Below are positions 17,009-26,745 of a stretch of DNA of 44,263 nt, one piece after another. The stretch lies in the NCBI GenBank assembly GCA_029038705.1, contig GCA_029038705.1_4346.1; one strand, written 5' to 3'. A model generated the notes under the pieces. It was not told the origin of the DNA and ran no database searches. It saw nothing but the letters and a program-made list of their open reading frames with translations. How positions within the stretch are numbered: the stretch's first letter is position 1; every line of letters starts with the position of its first letter. This DNA is from a phage. A program made the translations under genes and the position numbers.

Positions 17009-18957
17009 AGTATGCGTATTTCCCCGCCGTGTATGGCGACAGGAGTAGCCAAATAAGGACTTTTTACCACAACGAAGCCATTTTCGTTGCTCACCACCGG
17101 CGGCTTCGATACATCGGATGTAGAAAGCGCCACCGCGGTCCTACCGGCTACATGCCCGAGCCAAAACCATGTCCCCAAGTTATGGTCTATTTTAAGGGCG
17201 AGGAACAGTAATTGGGTATCTGAGTATTGAATCTGTGTTGTCCATTTTGCTCGGGTGTCTGAGCCAGAAATCTCTGTAGAGACGCTCGCGCCAACTGTGT
17301 ACCCTGCGGAGCTACCATTGCTCATCTTCCCGTTAACAAGCTGCGGGTGGTATTTACTGGTCTGCTTGGCTTTCCCTACAACTGAACTAAGTCCTAAATC
17401 CGGGTGGTAGAAGACTATAGTCTGGTCTACTGTGCTGGCCTCTTTAGCGGATGCAGCGGGTAGTGTTGTACCGCCGGGTTTTATATCTGTTTGCCAGTGA
17501 ATGTCAGAAAGGTTGTACGGCGACCCTTCGTTAAGGTTCCACCAAACGGCCCCTCCCCCAATACGGTTATTAGGAAGAATACGCACGTTAGTATTATCGT
17601 CAAATGCGCCAAACATTTTCATACTACTGCCGTAAATCCAACAGTTATCCATAGTGATATTATTGGCGCTCGTTGCTATGACGCCATATACACCACTTTC
17701 GTCTGACTCTATGTAGCATGAATCAAACTTGATGTTATATGCTCCTGCAATCCAAACGCCATGGGTACGAAAACTTTCAATGCCGCAGTTGAACAGCGTA
17801 AGAGCTTCAACAGCCCCTTCGAACTTAATGCCGACATCACACTTGCCTGTATGAACTGATACTAATGGCTGAATGTTACATTCATCGGTAAAGTGGTAAC
17901 GGTGCAAGCCGTTAGTGTATGTACCGTTACACTGTAGGTTCCTGAACATGGAGTAAAAACAGCGCTGAGTGTAAATCAACTGCTGGACGTTTACACCAAC
18001 AATATCTGTAACTTCGCAGCCAAATACATGGTCCCGCAGACGAAAGCCTTGATAGAAATTAATCAGTGTAGCATTGCGAATTGTTGTCCCTATAGTTAGA
18101 TACTCTTCACCAGATTTTCCAAAAACCGAAGAGATAGTGCCAGTAGAAGTTATATAGCCAGTCTCAATGAACACGTTAGTTGTGTCAGAAGTGTCGTCAC
18201 GCCCTACGATACGAGCGCCCTGAAAATCGATCACTTGCATCCTACGCTTAGGGAAATTAGTTGCTTCAATGCCAGATGGAGATTCTGAAGCCAACACATA
18301 AACTTTACCGGCGATGTAGTAGCTTTTCCACGGAGTAGCAACAACTTTAACACCACCCGCGCGCCACGCGGCGACTATAGCCGCCTGAAACGCCGATGTG
18401 TCGTCATGGCGACTAGGGTTTGGGCTTCCGTTTACCAGGTAGGCGTCACCGTATGCGCCAAAATCATCAACGTTAATCTCCTGTTTGAGTTTATCCATTA
18501 CGGTGAGTGAAACCGAATCGGAATACCCAGAATTGAATCCCACCAAAGATGCGCCGGATAGATCTGCTAGCTCATTGCGCAAATCCGGGTCAGTCTGCGG
18601 CTTCCAGTTAGCGTTACCAACCGGGTTAAACGATGCGGGGACAACAACCGGCAGAGTCCCGGTATACGAGTACCACGTCTTGCTTACAGGGGCATACACC
18701 ACTTTGTCTCGGTCATTAACTGTTAATGTCCCGCCTGTAGAAAAGTCCCACGACACGGGAGAAAATCCCGCGCCACGCAACACGGCGGGTAACGTCTTCT
18801 GTGTCTGTCCGGTAACCTGATTTGTTGCATAATCAATATCAGCACCAGTAGCAACACCGCCGGATTTGCCGGTGATAACCTCGGCTTCAAAAATTTGGTG
18901 TTTCTTGGCGGTCTGTAAATCCACCAGGCTTAAAACGTCACCGCATCCGCTTGACAT
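17005..18957 (-). CDS. Tailspike / tail fibre with right-handed beta-helix (pectate-lyase-like) domain; candidate depolymerase
   Basis: 650 aa, last gene of the tail operon; DDTSAFQAAIVAAW resembles the pectate-lyase-family motif; repetitive Gly/Asn/Thr-rich beta-strand segments. Confidence 0.7.
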   Translation of the reverse strand: MSSGCGDVLSLVDLQTAKKHQIFEAEVITGKSGGVATGADIDYATNQVTGQTQKTLPAVLRGAGFSPVSWDFSTGGTLTVNDRDKVVYAPVSKTWYSYTGTLPVVVPASFNPVGNANWKPQTDPDLRNELADLSGASLVGFNSGYSDSVSLTVMDKLKQEINVDDFGAYGDAYLVNGSPNPSRHDDTSAFQAAIVAAWRAGGVKVVATPWKSYYIAGKVYVLASESPSGIEATNFPKRRMQVIDFQGARIVGRDDTSDTTNVFIETGYITSTGTISSVFGKSGEEYLTIGTTIRNATLINFYQGFRLRDHVFGCEVTDIVGVNVQQLIYTQRCFYSMFRNLQCNGTYTNGLHRYHFTDECNIQPLVSVHTGKCDVGIKFEGAVEALTLFNCGIESFRTHGVWIAGAYNIKFDSCYIESDESGVYGVIATSANNITMDNCWIYGSSMKMFGAFDDNTNVRILPNNRIGGGAVWWNLNEGSPYNLSDIHWQTDIKPGGTTLPAASAKEASTVDQTIVFYHPDLGLSSVVGKAKQTSKYHPQLVNGKMSNGSSAGYTVGASVSTEISGSDTRAKWTTQIQYSDTQLLFLALKIDHNLGTWFWLGHVAGRTAVALSTSDVSKPPVVSNENGFVVVKSPYLATPVAIHGGEIRIL

Positions 18958-18969
18958 ATAGAGTCCTCT

Positions 18970-21525
18970 TTAATTAAAACCATTGCTGAATCCGTCGGAG
19001 AAACCGCTGCCGTATGGCGCGACGCCGTCGTATTTATAGAATCCGTCGTCATAGTTGTAGCCTGTAATCTTGACCGTGCGGTCGTCGCCGGGGTCGATTG
19101 AAGAAACAACTATCTTCTGAGCATTATGCCTTGCTTCGTTGCCGAATGAAAACTCAGTTTTTAGTGCGCTATTCCCCGTGTAGATTGCTTCTTCCGGCGC
19201 GGAGAGCATAATCACTTCGCGGTCGTGGCTTCCTTTGATAACGGAGATACTCTGTACAGAGCCATCGCGCTTCTTGAGGATGATGGAGTGGTCATCACCC
19301 GGAGTAAACGCAACCGGCTGTGACAGTGTCAGCGTAAGCCCATTAACGGCAGCAACATAGCCGTCCTGTGGCGCAATACGCGAGCCTTTAACTACGCTGA
19401 TTACACCGCCTGGGGTAGCGAGCGCACCTTCTTCGGTAGCTTCAAACTCTACGACAACTTTACTTAACGCATTGCGCTGGTAGCGACGCCACGCCAGCCA
19501 GTACGCTTGCTGATAGTTGCGCACGCCCTTCGATTCGTATTCCTCGGTGTTTGCCCCTAGTTCTTCCGGGATATAAATAGTTTCCTGTACGTTCGTATCC
19601 GGGTCGATGTATGAGAACGACAGGCTATCGTAGGTTGTCGAATCGTTGAACGTGCGGGTCCATTTCTCAGTACCGGTAGTTTTGCTGCGGTGGGTGAACA
19701 CCATTTCAGGCCCCGCGACAGGACGGTCGAATCGCAGCATAATATCCGCACCTTTACGGTACGCAGTACAGAAAACGGCTTCCGCTATGGTCTGGACGAT
19801 GTCCTGCATGGTTGTGTCATAGTCGTCGAACGTGTAGCAGAATTGCCCTGCTAATTCACTTCCGAAATAGGACTCAATTTCTTCCTGCACAGCAAGTAAC
19901 TTGTCCATGTTTGCCGTTGTCAGTTCCAGATTGCCTACTGCGGGGTCGCGCGCCAGTCGAATTAGAGATTGTACGGCTTGCGTGTTCGGTGTCATTACTG
20001 TATCGAATACCCCATTGCCGAGGTATTTGTAGCACATCTCGGTCGCAATCATGCGCAGTTCAGGGTTATCGATACTGGCGGCCCGCGGCGTCTGTTTACG
20101 GGCGCAATGTACGGTAGTTCGGTTGCCGTAGTGTGGAGTGGTGTCCAGAGACTGCCCATACAGGTTAATGAATGTTATCTCGTCGCTTACCGTTCCGGCA
20201 TAGTCCTTATCAAAATTCGTTATACGGCGCATACGGGCGCGGAAACGAGACGCGGTCGGCAACTGCCCGTAGATAGACGTACCAACGTAATCCGTGCTAT
20301 TACCAGTAATCGTAGCCTGTACCGTGTAAATATCGCTCAACGGGTTACGCTGAGAGTCAATCATCTGGTACTGGAGTTCCACCGTTACGCTGGTGCGGTT
20401 ATAGCCGCCGTCGTATTTGTAGATGCCGTTCTGCCCGGCAACGTTCGCAAGCACCCGGTCAACTTCTCCGCGCACCATGTAATACCAGTCTGTCAGGGAT
20501 ACGTCATAGGTGTCGCTCGGGCCGATAAACGTATCTGAACGCTCTGTTAGGGCGTACGTCTGCCCGCTGGTCAACGCCGCCCAGTTAGACGCACCGTTTA
20601 CCGCTAATCTTACTTCGAAGTCATCAACGTATAAAACCTCAAACGAGCCGTTCAGGTTAGTGACATCAGCAACGTCAAAGTTGCTCAGCACCGCGACATC
20701 ACCGGCGCTAAGAAACTCAGAAAAAGCAGAGTCGCCCGACGGGTCATAGATGTAGCCGGTGGTCGAAGTACGTTTGGCGGTTCCACCGGAGCTTGGGTTA
20801 GCCCCAATGTCGTTTGGCGCTTTGAGCACAATACCGTCAACGTCGTCATTGGAGTACGTCACATAGAGCTTCTGATCAATGACGTCGCCGATTTGTACCT
20901 GCGGCGATGTGGTGTTGTTCGGTGACGTATACGGCGCGTACACGGCAACAGAGGAACCTGTGATGTCGCTTATCAGGGTGTCGCCTTCCGTGACGCCATC
21001 GGCCTCAATATACAGATGTCCGCGCCCGGCGTCGTAGTACGAATACTCCAGCAAAGCACCAGTGGAGTTGAACGCTTTATACGTCTGCATAAGGTCGTTA
21101 GGGATTGTCTGCACAGTCCCGCAGATGTCATAAGAGCGCTCGTAAGGGCGTGGTTTGTTTGAGCGGTCCGTGAGGCTGTTATTTGGCGATGTTGTCTGGT
21201 TGTTAGTCGCCGTATAGTTGGCGTTTGCGGACATGTTCAGGCCAAACAACTTAGCGATTGGCTTAAGGATAAAACCAAATACCTTACTAACTGCACCAAG
21301 CGCCCCGCTACCCGCACCCTCAATAATATGGTACACGGCGTCTTCGTCTTTAAGCGCTTCGAAGTCGTCTGTAACATCAGTATCATCGCCAATCTCGCCG
21401 AGGTAGACGCGCACAGGCACACCGTCCGGAATACGGCTAACAACAAACTCCATCGGCATCCCGACGTGTTTTGTACGGTCGAAAGCGCCATCAGCGTTTC
21501 GCGAGTAGTGCAGGATTATCGCCAA
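18970..21525 (-). CDS. Tail tip / central tail fibre protein (host-specificity J-like)
   Basis: 851 aa; position distal to tape measure and minor tail genes. Function assigned by size and position. Confidence 0.6.
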   Translation of the reverse strand: MAIILHYSRNADGAFDRTKHVGMPMEFVVSRIPDGVPVRVYLGEIGDDTDVTDDFEALKDEDAVYHIIEGAGSGALGAVSKVFGFILKPIAKLFGLNMSANANYTATNNQTTSPNNSLTDRSNKPRPYERSYDICGTVQTIPNDLMQTYKAFNSTGALLEYSYYDAGRGHLYIEADGVTEGDTLISDITGSSVAVYAPYTSPNNTTSPQVQIGDVIDQKLYVTYSNDDVDGIVLKAPNDIGANPSSGGTAKRTSTTGYIYDPSGDSAFSEFLSAGDVAVLSNFDVADVTNLNGSFEVLYVDDFEVRLAVNGASNWAALTSGQTYALTERSDTFIGPSDTYDVSLTDWYYMVRGEVDRVLANVAGQNGIYKYDGGYNRTSVTVELQYQMIDSQRNPLSDIYTVQATITGNSTDYVGTSIYGQLPTASRFRARMRRITNFDKDYAGTVSDEITFINLYGQSLDTTPHYGNRTTVHCARKQTPRAASIDNPELRMIATEMCYKYLGNGVFDTVMTPNTQAVQSLIRLARDPAVGNLELTTANMDKLLAVQEEIESYFGSELAGQFCYTFDDYDTTMQDIVQTIAEAVFCTAYRKGADIMLRFDRPVAGPEMVFTHRSKTTGTEKWTRTFNDSTTYDSLSFSYIDPDTNVQETIYIPEELGANTEEYESKGVRNYQQAYWLAWRRYQRNALSKVVVEFEATEEGALATPGGVISVVKGSRIAPQDGYVAAVNGLTLTLSQPVAFTPGDDHSIILKKRDGSVQSISVIKGSHDREVIMLSAPEEAIYTGNSALKTEFSFGNEARHNAQKIVVSSIDPGDDRTVKITGYNYDDGFYKYDGVAPYGSGFSDGFSNGFN

Positions 21526-21881
21526 AATTCAATCTCCGTGTACGTGTCTCTGAGGTCCGCCAGCCTGTCAAGCCGTACCTGGCGGGATGCAAGCTCGCAA
21601 TGACTCACCATCCCGTCGAAGTAAACTCCCGCATGCCACACGATACGACCCCCGCGGCGATAACCCATAAGCACCGCGCAGAAGTTTTCAGGCTTATCAA
21701 TTTTTGTAAGCCCCTTCGTGTCACGGCGGCCTTCGTCAAACGCTTCGTTAATTGCCGTTGGGCTTGTAACGTCGAACGCAGGGGTTTCTAACCCGGCATC
21801 CGCGCGGACAATGCGCACGTGATGCCAGCAATTGCGTTTGCGAAAGTCGTAAGGTATGCCCGTGTAGTCGTTAATATTCAT
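21516..21881 (-). CDS. Tail assembly protein, possible NlpC/P60-type (gpK-like)
   Basis: 121 aa with candidate Cys/His residues (NCWHHV, WHAGVY); positioned as lambda K. Confidence 0.4.
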   Translation of the reverse strand: MNINDYTGIPYDFRKRNCWHHVRIVRADAGLETPAFDVTSPTAINEAFDEGRRDTKGLTKIDKPENFCAVLMGYRRGGRIVWHAGVYFDGMVSHCELASRQVRLDRLADLRDTYTEIEFWR

Positions 21882-22393
21882 GTGGTCAACAGGCCGCGTA
21901 ATAACGGTATCTCTTTAGGTGTCATCAGTATACCAGTGCTTCGTTGGTTCAGCATAGGTGTACCGACATCTGCGGAAAACTCGCCTTTCTCCTGATTGAT
22001 GGCCTGTAACTCGTACATGACAGGGCCGTCCGCAGGATAAGACAGGTCGGTGCCGACGTAACGGCGGAATACAAACTTCGGCAACTCGGTGTTACTCATC
22101 GGGATTTTATCCATCTCATCATCAAGTTGATTGAGAATATCCGGTAGTGTAAACGTCGTCGTCTGGTCCATATCGCTGTTGTTAGCGGCCCCGGACGCCT
22201 CCATCGGGGTGGGTTCGAATGTGATAGTTTCGCCGGTTTCCAGTGTCGCCGTAAGTTCCTGTAGCCCACGAACAAGATAGTACGTCTTTGACAACAACGG
22301 GTGGCTGATTTGCAACGTGATGTAGTCTATCTCGCCGTCGGGATTTGATGCCAACTTACGGCGATAGGCAGCTTCTACTGATTCCTGACTCAT
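21878..22393 (-). CDS. Minor tail protein
   Basis: 171 aa; between the distal tail protein and K-like gene. Confidence 0.45.
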   Translation of the reverse strand: MSQESVEAAYRRKLASNPDGEIDYITLQISHPLLSKTYYLVRGLQELTATLETGETITFEPTPMEASGAANNSDMDQTTTFTLPDILNQLDDEMDKIPMSNTELPKFVFRRYVGTDLSYPADGPVMYELQAINQEKGEFSADVGTPMLNQRSTGILMTPKEIPLLRGLLTT

Positions 22394-22396
22394 AAG

Positions 22397-23797
22397 TTAG
22401 CCGTCCACATTAAAATCAATACGAGTGATATATTTACTACCCCACGCAGAATCGGCCTGAGGGATAGTCGCGTAATCATCTACAGCCTGAACGTTTATCA
22501 CGGAGCCGTCGGAATAGGTGATGTCGATACTTGTCGCGCCGTTCATTACTACTTTTGCCGATGGCGCTGGGCGTGTTACAGGAGACGCCGACGTAATTAT
22601 TGGTGATGTTGTATTTTGGTTTACCTCTACAGTAGCCGCGGATAATTTAATCCCTGAAACGCCATCCCCCGTAAAGGCTCCGGTAACTCCGTCTGAATAT
22701 ATCCATGCGTCCATCCGTATGCTCATTGTTTTATCTTCTGTCGCGGTGATCGTCTCCGATATTCGGAACCACCCTCCGCCTACGTCGGTTACATCTGTAC
22801 CGCCTGGGCCGGAATAAATGCTACCATCCCGCAAATCAACAACTGCCGAGCCTAATACTGTAGGAAGTTCTCGCACGTACATCCGTATGAAATTGTATCC
22901 GTTTGCTTTTGCGAAGAAACTAAAAGTAACCATGTCGCCAACACCAACGCTAACATCTACAGTCTGGTTTATTAGGTGGTTACCGCTTGCGGCGGTAGCA
23001 GTTACGTCGTACGTGCCAGCGGCTGTTAAAACACCTGTTTCAGATACTGATACACTCACCAAACCTTTGTTCCAGTTTGACGAAGAGAAATTGCTTGAAT
23101 ATAGGAATCTGTTAGTTACTGATACCTCTGGTGGCACGCGCCCGGCGGCAACCCCGTCAATAAACGTAAGAGGCCATTCATTGGCGGCGGACTGTACAAG
23201 ATTACCATTGCGGTTGATGTAATAAACCTGTGGCCCCTCATACACAATGCGGCTATCAAGAGTCGACGCCAGAAGGTTAATCGGCGGATACCCGGCGGGG
23301 CCTTCATTGCTCCAGATGCGAGGGAACGTCGTCTCATAGTTCGCGTATATTTTCAGGAAACTACCCAGACAATCCCCGTAACAGCCGTACAAATCCGGAA
23401 GATTGTTAATCAGGCACTGGTTCTCAAGGTCCTGGAACGGCGATTTCTCGGCGGTTGCTGTGAAGGTAATTGTCCAGTTAATCCCGTCTTCGGTGGACTC
23501 GGCGATAGTGGACGTAATGGTTACCTGATAATCTTCGATGCCCATGCCGAAGTCGTGCGCCATCCAGAAACTTGACGCACCGCCGTCTACTTTTTCGAGG
23601 AACGACAGAAACGCCTGTCGCCCCATTGCGGATGTAATCAGGGTTACGCTCACCGGGAACACGTCGTAATACGTGTCGCGCCCCTGACGTACACCGCCAC
23701 CAGCTAAATCAACGCTCCAGACGTTGTTACGTCTGGTCATCGAGTAGCCTTTCGATACAATTGGCTTAAGGCTACGTGGGAAATATAAGTCGCTCAT
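22397..23797 (-). CDS. Minor/distal tail protein with C-terminal extension
   Basis: 466 aa immediately downstream of the tape measure protein. Confidence 0.5.
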   Translation of the reverse strand: MSDLYFPRSLKPIVSKGYSMTRRNNVWSVDLAGGGVRQGRDTYYDVFPVSVTLITSAMGRQAFLSFLEKVDGGASSFWMAHDFGMGIEDYQVTITSTIAESTEDGINWTITFTATAEKSPFQDLENQCLINNLPDLYGCYGDCLGSFLKIYANYETTFPRIWSNEGPAGYPPINLLASTLDSRIVYEGPQVYYINRNGNLVQSAANEWPLTFIDGVAAGRVPPEVSVTNRFLYSSNFSSSNWNKGLVSVSVSETGVLTAAGTYDVTATAASGNHLINQTVDVSVGVGDMVTFSFFAKANGYNFIRMYVRELPTVLGSAVVDLRDGSIYSGPGGTDVTDVGGGWFRISETITATEDKTMSIRMDAWIYSDGVTGAFTGDGVSGIKLSAATVEVNQNTTSPIITSASPVTRPAPSAKVVMNGATSIDITYSDGSVINVQAVDDYATIPQADSAWGSKYITRIDFNVDG

Positions 23798-25815
23798 TAT
23801 TTGAACCCCGGCGCGTTTCTTGTGGCCTTGCGAGCCTTGCTAATCTTACTGTTGCTGTTCTGCAAAGACGCGGCAACCTGTTCTTCAATGATGATACGCA
23901 AACGGCCCTCATCATCTTGCTCAGTGGATACGTTGCCGATTTGAGAACTCGTGTTGTTTACGATAGTAACATTAGATGGGCCACTATTTCCGCTATTATT
24001 ACCGTTTAACTGCTGCCGTGTTTGACTTGCATTGGTCGCCCTGCCAGAACCCGCCATCTTGATAATCTCAGGGCCGCGTTCACCAACCAGGTAACTACCG
24101 CCAGCGTTCATTTGCCCGCCTTGCTCACGCGCGCCGCTAATCTTGGCGATGTTCGCCACCCCCGCCGCGACAGCCAGACCCGCGGCAACCGGAGCGAGTG
24201 CCGGGCCGACAATTGGAATAGCAGCAGTTGATTTATAGGCTTCGATAGCAGCCGTGTAAGTGGCAATAGTCGCTTGCGTTATGGCGAACGCTTTGTACGC
24301 AGCGGACGTCTCCCCCAGTGCGGATTTAGCATCCGCTGCCATGCTGCCGAATGCGTCGGCGGTGGCGTTGGCTTGTGCAATATTGCTCTGTTCGTTCAGG
24401 TTACGCACTGCATTAGCGTATTCTTCTTCGCTGATTAGTTTCTGTTTAAGGAAATCGTCCAGTTGCTTAAGTTTGGCGTCATTCTGCCGTTGGATTTCCT
24501 CGAACTCTGTGCCACCAAGCGCCTGTAGTTTCTCCAGATATGCATCAGCATTGTTATACAGCGCATCTCGTTGTGCCTGAAACTCCGCCATGATGTCACT
24601 TTTCGACTTCTCGTAGTCAGCGTCGCTTACGAGTTGCTTGTCGTGGAACTCCTGCAATTTAGCCAGTTTCTGTTTCTCTTTGGCGTCTATCCGTTCTAAC
24701 TCTGTTCCGGTGTTTGTGTCTATTTGAGCTATAAACTGGTCTGCGGCTTTCTGTGCGCTTTCCTGCGCGCGAGCGTCGGCGCGGGCTTGAGCATCTGCTC
24801 GTTTCTTAGCTGCGGCAGCGATACGATTCTGCCTGTCTATTTCCTTCTGTGCCCTGTCCGCCTTATCCTTTTCATACGTCTTCTCAGATTGCTCTACCCC
24901 TTTTCGCTCGGCTGCGCGGGTCTTTTCCTCCACACCAAGGTAGTTAAGTTCATTTCGCAGTTTATTTATTTCCATCTGCGCTTCTGGCGTTTTGGCGTTT
25001 ATGCCGTCCAGGTAGGCGACCAGCCCTTCTCGAGCTCCAGGAACCCCAGCTGCGATTGCTTTCTGAGCAACTTCAATACTGCGTAACTCTTTGGCGGTCA
25101 ACCCCGCCGCTTCCGCAGCGGATTCGTACTGGAAAGCCACGGCCCCGGCAGCGTCCCCGCCTTGGGCTATCTGTGATGCGGCAAGGTTGGTGGTCAACTT
25201 CTGAAACAGAGATTGGGCTTTTGTTACCTTATCAATAGCTTCAACAATCTTATCTGCGGTGGAGTTAGCCTGTATGGCGGTTGCCTCTAGTGCCTTATTA
25301 AGAAATGCCATCTTCTCCGCTGTTGTTGCCCCGACAGCGTCCAGTTTTTCCAGTGCGTCATTCATGTCATACACACCGGGTGTGGCCTCATTAAGAGCGT
25401 CATCAAGGAACTTAGTAGCTTCCTCCAGTTGTTTAGCGGTATCCGTTGAGTTACTCAAAGACGCGTACAGCGCGCCGCCGATTACGGTGGCGATAGTCAA
25501 TACCGTGCCCGCAATTGGATTGAATGCGGACACTAACTGACTACCTTGTTGCGTGAAAGCCGTGAGGGCGGACTGCCCCCCTTGGATTTGTACGATAAAG
25601 TCCTGTACCTGATACCCAGCATTACCTATTGACGCCCGCATCGCGTTCATCTTCGGGGTTGCCGCGGAGGTGGTGTCCGTTAGTTTCTTTGTGCTGGAAT
25701 CCGCTTTCCCAGCGGAACTACTAAGGTTATCTAACTGCTTTGCTGCTTGCTCCGCTCCAGTTGCCTGGACTCGCACCATTAAACTCGCGGTATCAGCCAT
25801 TATAATCGTCCTCAT
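23797..25815 (-). CDS. Tail tape measure protein
   Basis: 672 aa; long Ala/Gln/Lys/Glu-rich coiled-coil core, C-terminal hydrophobic/Gly-rich segment (IVGPALAPVAAGLAVAAG...GERGPE). Confidence 0.8.
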   Translation of the reverse strand: MRTIIMADTASLMVRVQATGAEQAAKQLDNLSSSAGKADSSTKKLTDTTSAATPKMNAMRASIGNAGYQVQDFIVQIQGGQSALTAFTQQGSQLVSAFNPIAGTVLTIATVIGGALYASLSNSTDTAKQLEEATKFLDDALNEATPGVYDMNDALEKLDAVGATTAEKMAFLNKALEATAIQANSTADKIVEAIDKVTKAQSLFQKLTTNLAASQIAQGGDAAGAVAFQYESAAEAAGLTAKELRSIEVAQKAIAAGVPGAREGLVAYLDGINAKTPEAQMEINKLRNELNYLGVEEKTRAAERKGVEQSEKTYEKDKADRAQKEIDRQNRIAAAAKKRADAQARADARAQESAQKAADQFIAQIDTNTGTELERIDAKEKQKLAKLQEFHDKQLVSDADYEKSKSDIMAEFQAQRDALYNNADAYLEKLQALGGTEFEEIQRQNDAKLKQLDDFLKQKLISEEEYANAVRNLNEQSNIAQANATADAFGSMAADAKSALGETSAAYKAFAITQATIATYTAAIEAYKSTAAIPIVGPALAPVAAGLAVAAGVANIAKISGAREQGGQMNAGGSYLVGERGPEIIKMAGSGRATNASQTRQQLNGNNSGNSGPSNVTIVNNTSSQIGNVSTEQDDEGRLRIIIEEQVAASLQNSNSKISKARKATRNAPGFK

Positions 25816-26062
25816 TACGGCCTTCGAACAGTGCGTCTAGGCCCATTATTAAGTCTACCTCAAGCAACGAGAACGGCTGTTTATGCAACTCTGCGTACGC
25901 TGTAAGGTGGTGATATTGGAGCATTTCCCTTGGTATTAGCACATTATTGCGGCTTACAAACTTCAATGCGTAGTATTTATCCATTATTTTCATCATATCG
26001 CTCGGGCATTCCGGCGGGGTTTCCTCAGGCTCCTTCGGTACAGGTAACCCCATAGCCGCCAT
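25793..26062 (-). CDS. Tail assembly chaperone, T-like downstream ORF
   Basis: 89 aa between the G-like chaperone and the tape measure. Its frame is open about 39 codons upstream of the ATG and is -1 relative to the preceding ORF. Confidence 0.4.
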   Translation of the reverse strand: MAAMGLPVPKEPEETPPECPSDMMKIMDKYYALKFVSRNNVLIPREMLQYHHLTAYAELHKQPFSLLEVDLIMGLDALFEGRNEDDYNG

Positions 26063-26151
26063 AGCGGCCTTGTGCCCGTCGGCGATGGAGTCGAACTCAC
26101 GTCTCCTTTGCCGTATAACCCAGCGATACCTCGCATATTCGTAAAGCGCTT

Positions 26152-26568
26152 CTACTTTACAGATAAAGCTTTGCGGCTCTCAGCATGGTGTTGAGCGACA
26201 GCCCCTCCCAACCCTTTATACTCCTTCAACAGCTTGACCAACGCTTTCTTAGTGAACTTCTCCTCGAAGGACCACCCTACAACAACAACGGCAGCAAGTG
26301 CATCGTTAAGTTTAGCCAATTCACTGTTTAATTCCGTGTTATAGCGCGCCCAGTCCCCTTTCTCGCGGCACTCCGCGTCGAGCGGTTTCAGGCGGTCAAG
26401 GATGTCGCGGTAAGCGGAGATAAAATCCTTAGCTGCGGCGATTGAGTCGTCGCAGTCAGGCCCCATCACCTGCAACCACTCCCCTGAGTCACTGCCGTCC
26501 GGTAGCAGGATAGGCATCTTAGTTCCCGCAGCGTGGCGGGACGCGAAATAAAAATCAGAAAGTTTCAT
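26152..26568 (-). CDS. Tail assembly chaperone (gpG-like)
   Basis: 138 aa, acidic; canonical position between the major tail and tape measure genes. Confidence 0.5.
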   Translation of the reverse strand: MKLSDFYFASRHAAGTKMPILLPDGSDSGEWLQVMGPDCDDSIAAAKDFISAYRDILDRLKPLDAECREKGDWARYNTELNSELAKLNDALAAVVVVGWSFEEKFTKKALVKLLKEYKGLGGAVAQHHAESRKALSVK

Positions 26569-26677
26569 TCTTTAATCCTTTGGTTAAGAGGTTGTTGGTT
26601 AAAGAGAAATGCACCAGGCGGTAACCAACCGCTTTTCGTGCGCGACACTAGGTGCAAAATTATTCTAACACACTACT

Positions 26678-26706
26678 TGCACACCCCAATATAATAGGGT
26701 ACTATT
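26678..26706 (+). promoter_or_regulatory. Sigma70-like promoter (TTGCAC-N17-TACTAT) with AATAG-N4-CTATT element, driving the plus-strand cassette
   Basis: TTGCACACCCCAATATAATAGGGTACTAT; same architecture as the minus-strand early promoters at 2431 and 4040. Confidence 0.55.
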
Positions 26707-26745
26707 CACTTACACCAACGTTATTAACTTAAATAAGGAATTAAA

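Noticed and set aside
19812-20749. Several plus-strand ORFs antisense to the tail tip gene
   Set aside because: Antisense to an 851 aa structural gene within an uninterrupted minus-strand operon.
24022-25540. Plus-strand ORFs antisense to the tape measure gene
   Set aside because: Low-complexity ORFs mirroring the repetitive tape measure coding sequence.
26152-26180. Canonical -1 slippery heptamer for a G-T chaperone fusion
   Set aside because: The frames overlap, but no X-XXY-YYZ sequence is present, so a frameshift is not asserted.
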